From Eubacteriales bacterium (lineage in GTDB: Bacteria; Bacillota; Clostridia; Oscillospirales; CAG-272), in NCBI GenBank assembly GCA_045647805.1, contig JAZRMT010000127.1:2817-66816 (forward strand): DNA of 64,000 bases. The letters run 5' to 3'. The translations under genes and the position numbers were made by a program. Positions within the stretch are counted from its first letter, which is position 1; every line of letters begins with the position of its first letter. Below are positions 63,933-64,000 of this stretch, in pieces. Below the pieces are notes generated by a model. The model was not told the origin of the DNA. It worked only from the letters and a program-made list of their open reading frames with translations, and did not search any database.

Positions 63933-64000
63933 ATGAAATACGGCTGTATTGGCGAACACTTAAAGCATAGCTTTTCAAAAGAAATACACAATGCACTCAC
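63933..64000 (+). CDS. aroE: shikimate dehydrogenase, 5' fragment (runs off the window)
   Basis: MKYGCIGEHLKHSFSKEIHNAL matches the AroE N-terminal G-x-I-G-x-x-L-x-H-S-x-S-x-x-I-H-N pattern, and the operon context fits. Confidence 0.6.
   Translation, partial: MKYGCIGEHLKHSFSKEIHNAL

Noticed and set aside
1-64000. A window-wide search for CRISPR arrays, tRNA and rRNA genes, IS elements or transposases, integrases, reverse transcriptases (retron or DGR), restriction-modification methyltransferases and toxin-antitoxin pairs.
   Set aside because: No spaced direct repeats, no tRNA T-arm or acceptor signatures, no DDE, tyrosine- or serine-recombinase motifs and no RT motifs were seen in any listed ORF or intergenic region. 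Absence is by eye only. tRNAscan, Infernal and ISfinder would be the decisive checks.

Overview
A 64-kb chromosomal segment that looks like a moderately low-GC Firmicute, probably a saccharolytic member of the Clostridia. Supporting signs are GGAGG-type ribosome-binding sites, sigma-A type TTGACA/TATAAT promoters, GC-stem/T-tract terminators, an SLH-domain surface protein, MecA, QueT and PlsY. I can support about 57 intact CDSs.

- **Housekeeping:** yajC, pdxK, murA, queG, plsY, tsaE-tsaB-rpiB, nnr, pheA-aroB-aroC-aroE.
- **Sugar catabolism:** a galacturonate operon (uxaB-uxaA-uxaC) with an AraC regulator, an mglBAC sugar ABC transporter, and several signal-peptide-less glycoside hydrolases (GH39-like, GH116, GH20, GH127-like).
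- **Peptide and C4 metabolism:** a peptidase / fumarase / malic-enzyme operon.
- **RNA and mobile elements:** no rRNA, tRNA, CRISPR array, transposase, integrase or reverse transcriptase was recognised. A preQ1-I riboswitch sits in front of queT.

Items worth a second look:
1. A 0.9-kb AT-rich XRE-repressor / SLOG (DUF1273, YpsA-like) two-gene islet, bracketed by two paralogous hairpins and wired with three copies of an AGGTATACCT operator.
2. An AraC-controlled operon of two DegT/EryC1-type sugar aminotransferases with no nucleotide-sugar genes nearby and a codon profile like that of highly expressed genes.
3. A 1125-aa cytoplasmic orphan protein next to GH127, a candidate new glycoside hydrolase.
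4. An unusual density of gene relics. Seven were found, and three are single-base losses in homopolymers.
5. A helicase-nuclease fusion cut by the left window edge.

None of these is proven to be a new system. All functional calls rest on motif recognition by eye.
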